DNA from: Octopus vulgaris
Lineage: Eukaryota
Direction of reading: 5' to 3'
Assembly (NCBI GenBank): GCA_951406725.2
Contig: OX597826.1
Location: forward strand, 53,506,001-53,570,000
DNA length: 64,000 nucleotides
Under the pieces are notes generated by a model, which worked only from the letters and a program-made list of their open reading frames with translations, did no database searches and was not told where the DNA came from. The number at the start of each line of letters is the position of its first letter. The first letter of the stretch is position 1. The position numbers and the translations under genes are program-made. Below, in pieces: positions 1 through 64,000 of this stretch.

Positions 1-1224
1 CACTCACAAGGCTTTGGTTGGCCCGAGGCTATAGTAGAAGACACTTGTCCAAGGTGCCGTGCAGTGAGACTGAACACAGAACTATGTGGTTGGGAAGTAA
101 GCTACTTACCACACAGCCTCTCTCCTTACTTTATCTTATTTTTTCTTTCACCTTTTACTTGTTTCAGTTATTGAACTGTGCCCATGCTGGAGCACCACCT
201 CGAACGGTGTAGTCAAACAAATCAACCATCTTATATATATGTATATATATATATATGTGTGTATGTGTGTGTGCATATGTTTGTGTGTCTGTGTTTGTCC
301 TCCCAACATCACTTGACAACAGATGCAGTAATAAAAAAATAAAGAAATGAATCGTCAATTGGTGACCATTATGGAGCAAGTTATACAACTTGACCAGAAG
401 GTGTCCCAGACAGAAATGCTGCAGAAATTGGGACATCCTCAATTTTAAATGTCTAGAATGCCCCTGGAGAAAAGAGAATTAGGGTAACCTATCAATCAAA
501 TGCCAATGCAAATAGAAAAAGGCAAAGATATTCTTTTATATGTTTCAGGCCAAAGGTTATGGCCATGCTGGAGCACTGGCAAAGATGCTAGTATAGAGGG
601 GTTATCACCTCAATGGTTCACAAGTGTTAGGTTCAGAGATATAAGAAAGAGGTCAACCCTACAAATAGGTGGCTGTTATATTGGAAATTAAGTCATAATA
701 TTGGATGCAATAGGATTTGTGAAGATGGCATCAACAATGCTGACAAAAAACTGAGATGTACACCTGAGCCATTCTCTTAATCTCAAGACAAGCATAAATT
801 GCAAAGATAGAATTAAAATAACTTATTATTGACAATGAATTGAAATCTTATAATTTATTGCCTTTTATGCCAATTTATTTTATTGTATTAGAATTTCAAT
901 TACAAATCAATGCAAATACGTGGAATTGATTGCAATAAGTTTGGTAGAGAAATACTCTTTAGTGTCCTTTAGCTATCAAAGATAGTATCATTGAATTTTC
1001 TCATGCCCCATTATAGACAATAATGTAATTTCCTGCCAAGTGTTTCCTTATATGGTAGTTAGCCTTATGAAGTAAAAAAAAAGAGATCTTTGAAAAAAAT
1101 TTTTTGTTATTGCTACAATATGAAAAAAACTTTGTAAATGAGAGATGATAATAACTATGTTCACAGACTGTTAGAGCATATAATACAAATATAAACTGTA
1201 TAATAAAAAAGAAACCAACTATAC

Positions 1225-61365
<60,141 letters not shown>

Positions 61366-62090
61366 CTGGAAAAATGGTAATGATAGAAAAAGAAGTGTAT
61401 TTAAAACATGTTTCTTCAAAGTAAACAGGCATCCATTAGAAATAGATGAGAAAAACATAAGCAACAAAAATGGGGCTATAACATTATCTTCGTTACTCTG
61501 TATAATTACCCAATTAATGATGTGTGACAGATGTTAAGAGAAGAAAGTAAAAGCCTTCAACTCAACAATGGAGACTGATTCCAGAATACCATTTCATGTA
61601 TATTATTTTAGATGAATTTATTGGTGACTGTCTAAAATCATGATTTGATTAATTAACGAAGAAAGCTAGAGTAGATAATTTTTTTCAGCACTAAGGTTTC
61701 ATTATGGAACAATTCCATCAAAGAACTGCTTCTGAGAAAGTTTGAAATTTTGATGGTGCCTAGAAGGGAGTGGATCTCATTAAGGAAATTTGATTTTTCT
61801 GAATATATGGAAATAATAATATAATCATAATGAATATTTTAAGAGTAACGAACTAAAGGTTCCTATAATTTAATGATCTGCAATGACCTTGAGGTTGAAG
61901 TGCTGAACAACTAACAACATAGTTCTTAGTTCATATCATATCACAGCTTGTGGTGTGCTTCTGAATCAGTCATACAATTCTGGTCACTTTGCATACGGAG
62001 GCCATACAACTACATGTGTGTATATGTGTGAATCTGTTAAGAAGTCTATCTGTAAATGTGTGCTCTTTACGTCTGAGTAATTTCAACTAT

Positions 62091-62492
62091 TTTTTATATA
62101 CCATTTGCTTTGGTCATCTTAATTTTTTAAATAGCATCTGCTTTGGTCATCTTAATTTTTTAAATAGCATCTGCTTTGGTCATCTTAATTTTTTAAATAG
62201 CATCTGCTTTGGTCATCTTAACTTTTTATATAGTATTTGCTTTGGTCATCTTAATTTTTTAAATACCATTTGCTTTGGTCATCTTAATTTTTTATATAGC
62301 ATCTGCTTTGGTCATCTTAACTTTTTATATAGCATTTGCTTTGGTCATCTTAATTTTTTATATAGCATCTGCTGCTTTGGTCATCTTAATTTTTTATATA
62401 GCATTTGCTTTGGTCATCTTAATTTTTTATATAGCATCTACTTTAGTCATCTTAATTTATAATATAGCATTTGCTTTGGTCATCTTAATTTT
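62091..62492. repeat. 33-bp minisatellite, about 12 copies
   Basis: Unit tttgctttggtcatcttaattttttatatagca. Confidence 0.95.
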
Positions 62493-64000
62493 CAGGTGTA
62501 GTCTTGAAATTCTTGACCTCTCCTGGAATTAGGAACCCTACAATAATGGGTACAAGTTCTGGATTTGACAGAGTAGTTAGAGCATCAAATGAAATGCTTT
62601 GCAGCATTTGCTCCAACTATTAGGGCTCTGAGTTCAAATTGTGCAGAGCCCAACTTTATCTTACATCCTTGCAGGGTTGATGAAAAAAGTACTAATGCAA
62701 GGCAGTGGGATTGGCAAAACTGTAAGAATGAGCAAACCGAATGCCTTGATGTATTTTTTCTGGTTCTTTGCATTCTGGGTTCAAATCCTGCCATGGCCTT
62801 CTTGTGTGGGAGACTTAACCATGACATAACACCCCCACCTTAGTGGAGTCTGCTTTGGGAATACCTCCCTTACTCCTTCCTATCAGTCTCAAAAACCCTG
62901 AAACATATCATGGAAACAACCTTTCCTCCTGACAAAAAAATTTGATAGGTTAAGTAAAGCTATAATAGTAAAAATCAATATAATGGAACTACACCAAGAA
63001 TACCCTAGAAACTGTATGCTTTATCCTGTGCTTTATTCTCATGCTGATTTTGAGAAACTTCAATATCAACTGTAAAAAGATAGTTCCAAGTGACTAACTG
63101 TACACATTAATTTCTAAGATATAACATTGTGTCCCTAAATTTATACACACTTTTGTTCTCTTCATTTAACTTATCTTAGAGAAAAGGAGCCAAGAATTTG
63201 TAAAATATTGTTTAAATGGTCAATATGAACATCTAAATCATGTACAGAGCCAAGGAAACTCTCTGTGGGTTAGATAAATGTAAATAAATTAATAATTGTA
63301 AATAAAATTAAAATAAATGCATAGATTATTCTGTTATGTGATAATAATTTGAATCTTTTCAGTAATTTACATATTTTCTCATTTCAAACTGAATTTATAA
63401 AGAACACGTAGTTGATGACGACAAAACTAATGGTCACCTGAGACTGGGATAGTTGCAGTAAGCAAATGGCATCATAACAAATATTTAATGATTAACATAA
63501 AAGTAAATTAGTAAAATTCATAGAAGTTACTTAAAAGACATTTTGATGTTAACTTGTAAGAGACTACCCCTGGCTCTGTCATACAAAAATCACCTGTTTT
63601 AAAACATTATATTTAAGTTTAACACTTAAGCATTGAAGCCAGCCATATCCAGTCAACATATTTTATGTTTTATACTTAAACTGGCCAAGTCTGGCCCCCA
63701 CCCCAGCAACCTTGCAATATCATTAAAAAAATTAACTGTTAGCTAATCAAAATCTCAAAGCTATGAGATTTTGATTTATTCAAAACATGATTTATTCAAA
63801 ACAATATGAATAAATAAGCATTACTTTTAATGAAAGAATTTGAACGCTAAAGGATTAAACCTGCTGTCATAATTTTATATCAGAACTTTTTGTTATGTTC
63901 TGAATATTATTAAAAAAATAATTGATTTCATGAAACCCTTCCCGATTCTCAAGTATATTATAAATCACTTGAAACACAAAGATAATGTATTTCATTAAAT

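Noticed and set aside
62091-62492. CRISPR-like array or repeat-protein ORF (ICFGHLNFLYS)n
   Set aside because: Head-to-tail 33-bp minisatellite with no spacers, in a eukaryotic intron; the ORF is a by-product of unit length
61366-64000. Search for the preceding PDE2 exon here, and for the next exon in 1-1224
   Set aside because: No matching exon found by eye; the gene presumably continues beyond both window edges

Overview
AT-rich eukaryotic genomic DNA, dense in microsatellites and SINEs. The repeat families look like those of octopus/coleoid cephalopods (inference, not a database result). The whole window lies inside one minus-strand, multi-intron gene for a PDE2-type (cGMP-stimulated) cyclic-nucleotide phosphodiesterase. 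I reconstructed 14 coding exons with GT-AG ends and consistent phases, running from GAF-B into the catalytic domain; both gene ends appear to lie outside the window. Spliced product: [147 protein letters not shown][7a or 7b]VSPEETSQLV...YHNWIHAF...[38 protein letters not shown]...LPSK. Main discoveries: (1) the 78-nt exon for the GAF-B-to-catalytic linker helix is tandemly duplicated (7a/7b), a likely mutually exclusive pair; (2) competing RNA pairings in the intron upstream of 7a could mask either the 7a acceptor or the 7b donor; (3) a perfect 200-bp-arm foldback in the upstream intron carries a Penelope-type minimal hammerhead ribozyme on each strand, and a second copy has lost the ribozyme. 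The rest is intron filled with SINEs, RTE/CR1/R4-like LINE relics, mariner/maT/hAT relics and simple repeats. Most ORF-track ORFs are repeat artefacts. Repeat boundaries are approximate; exon numbers are local to this window.
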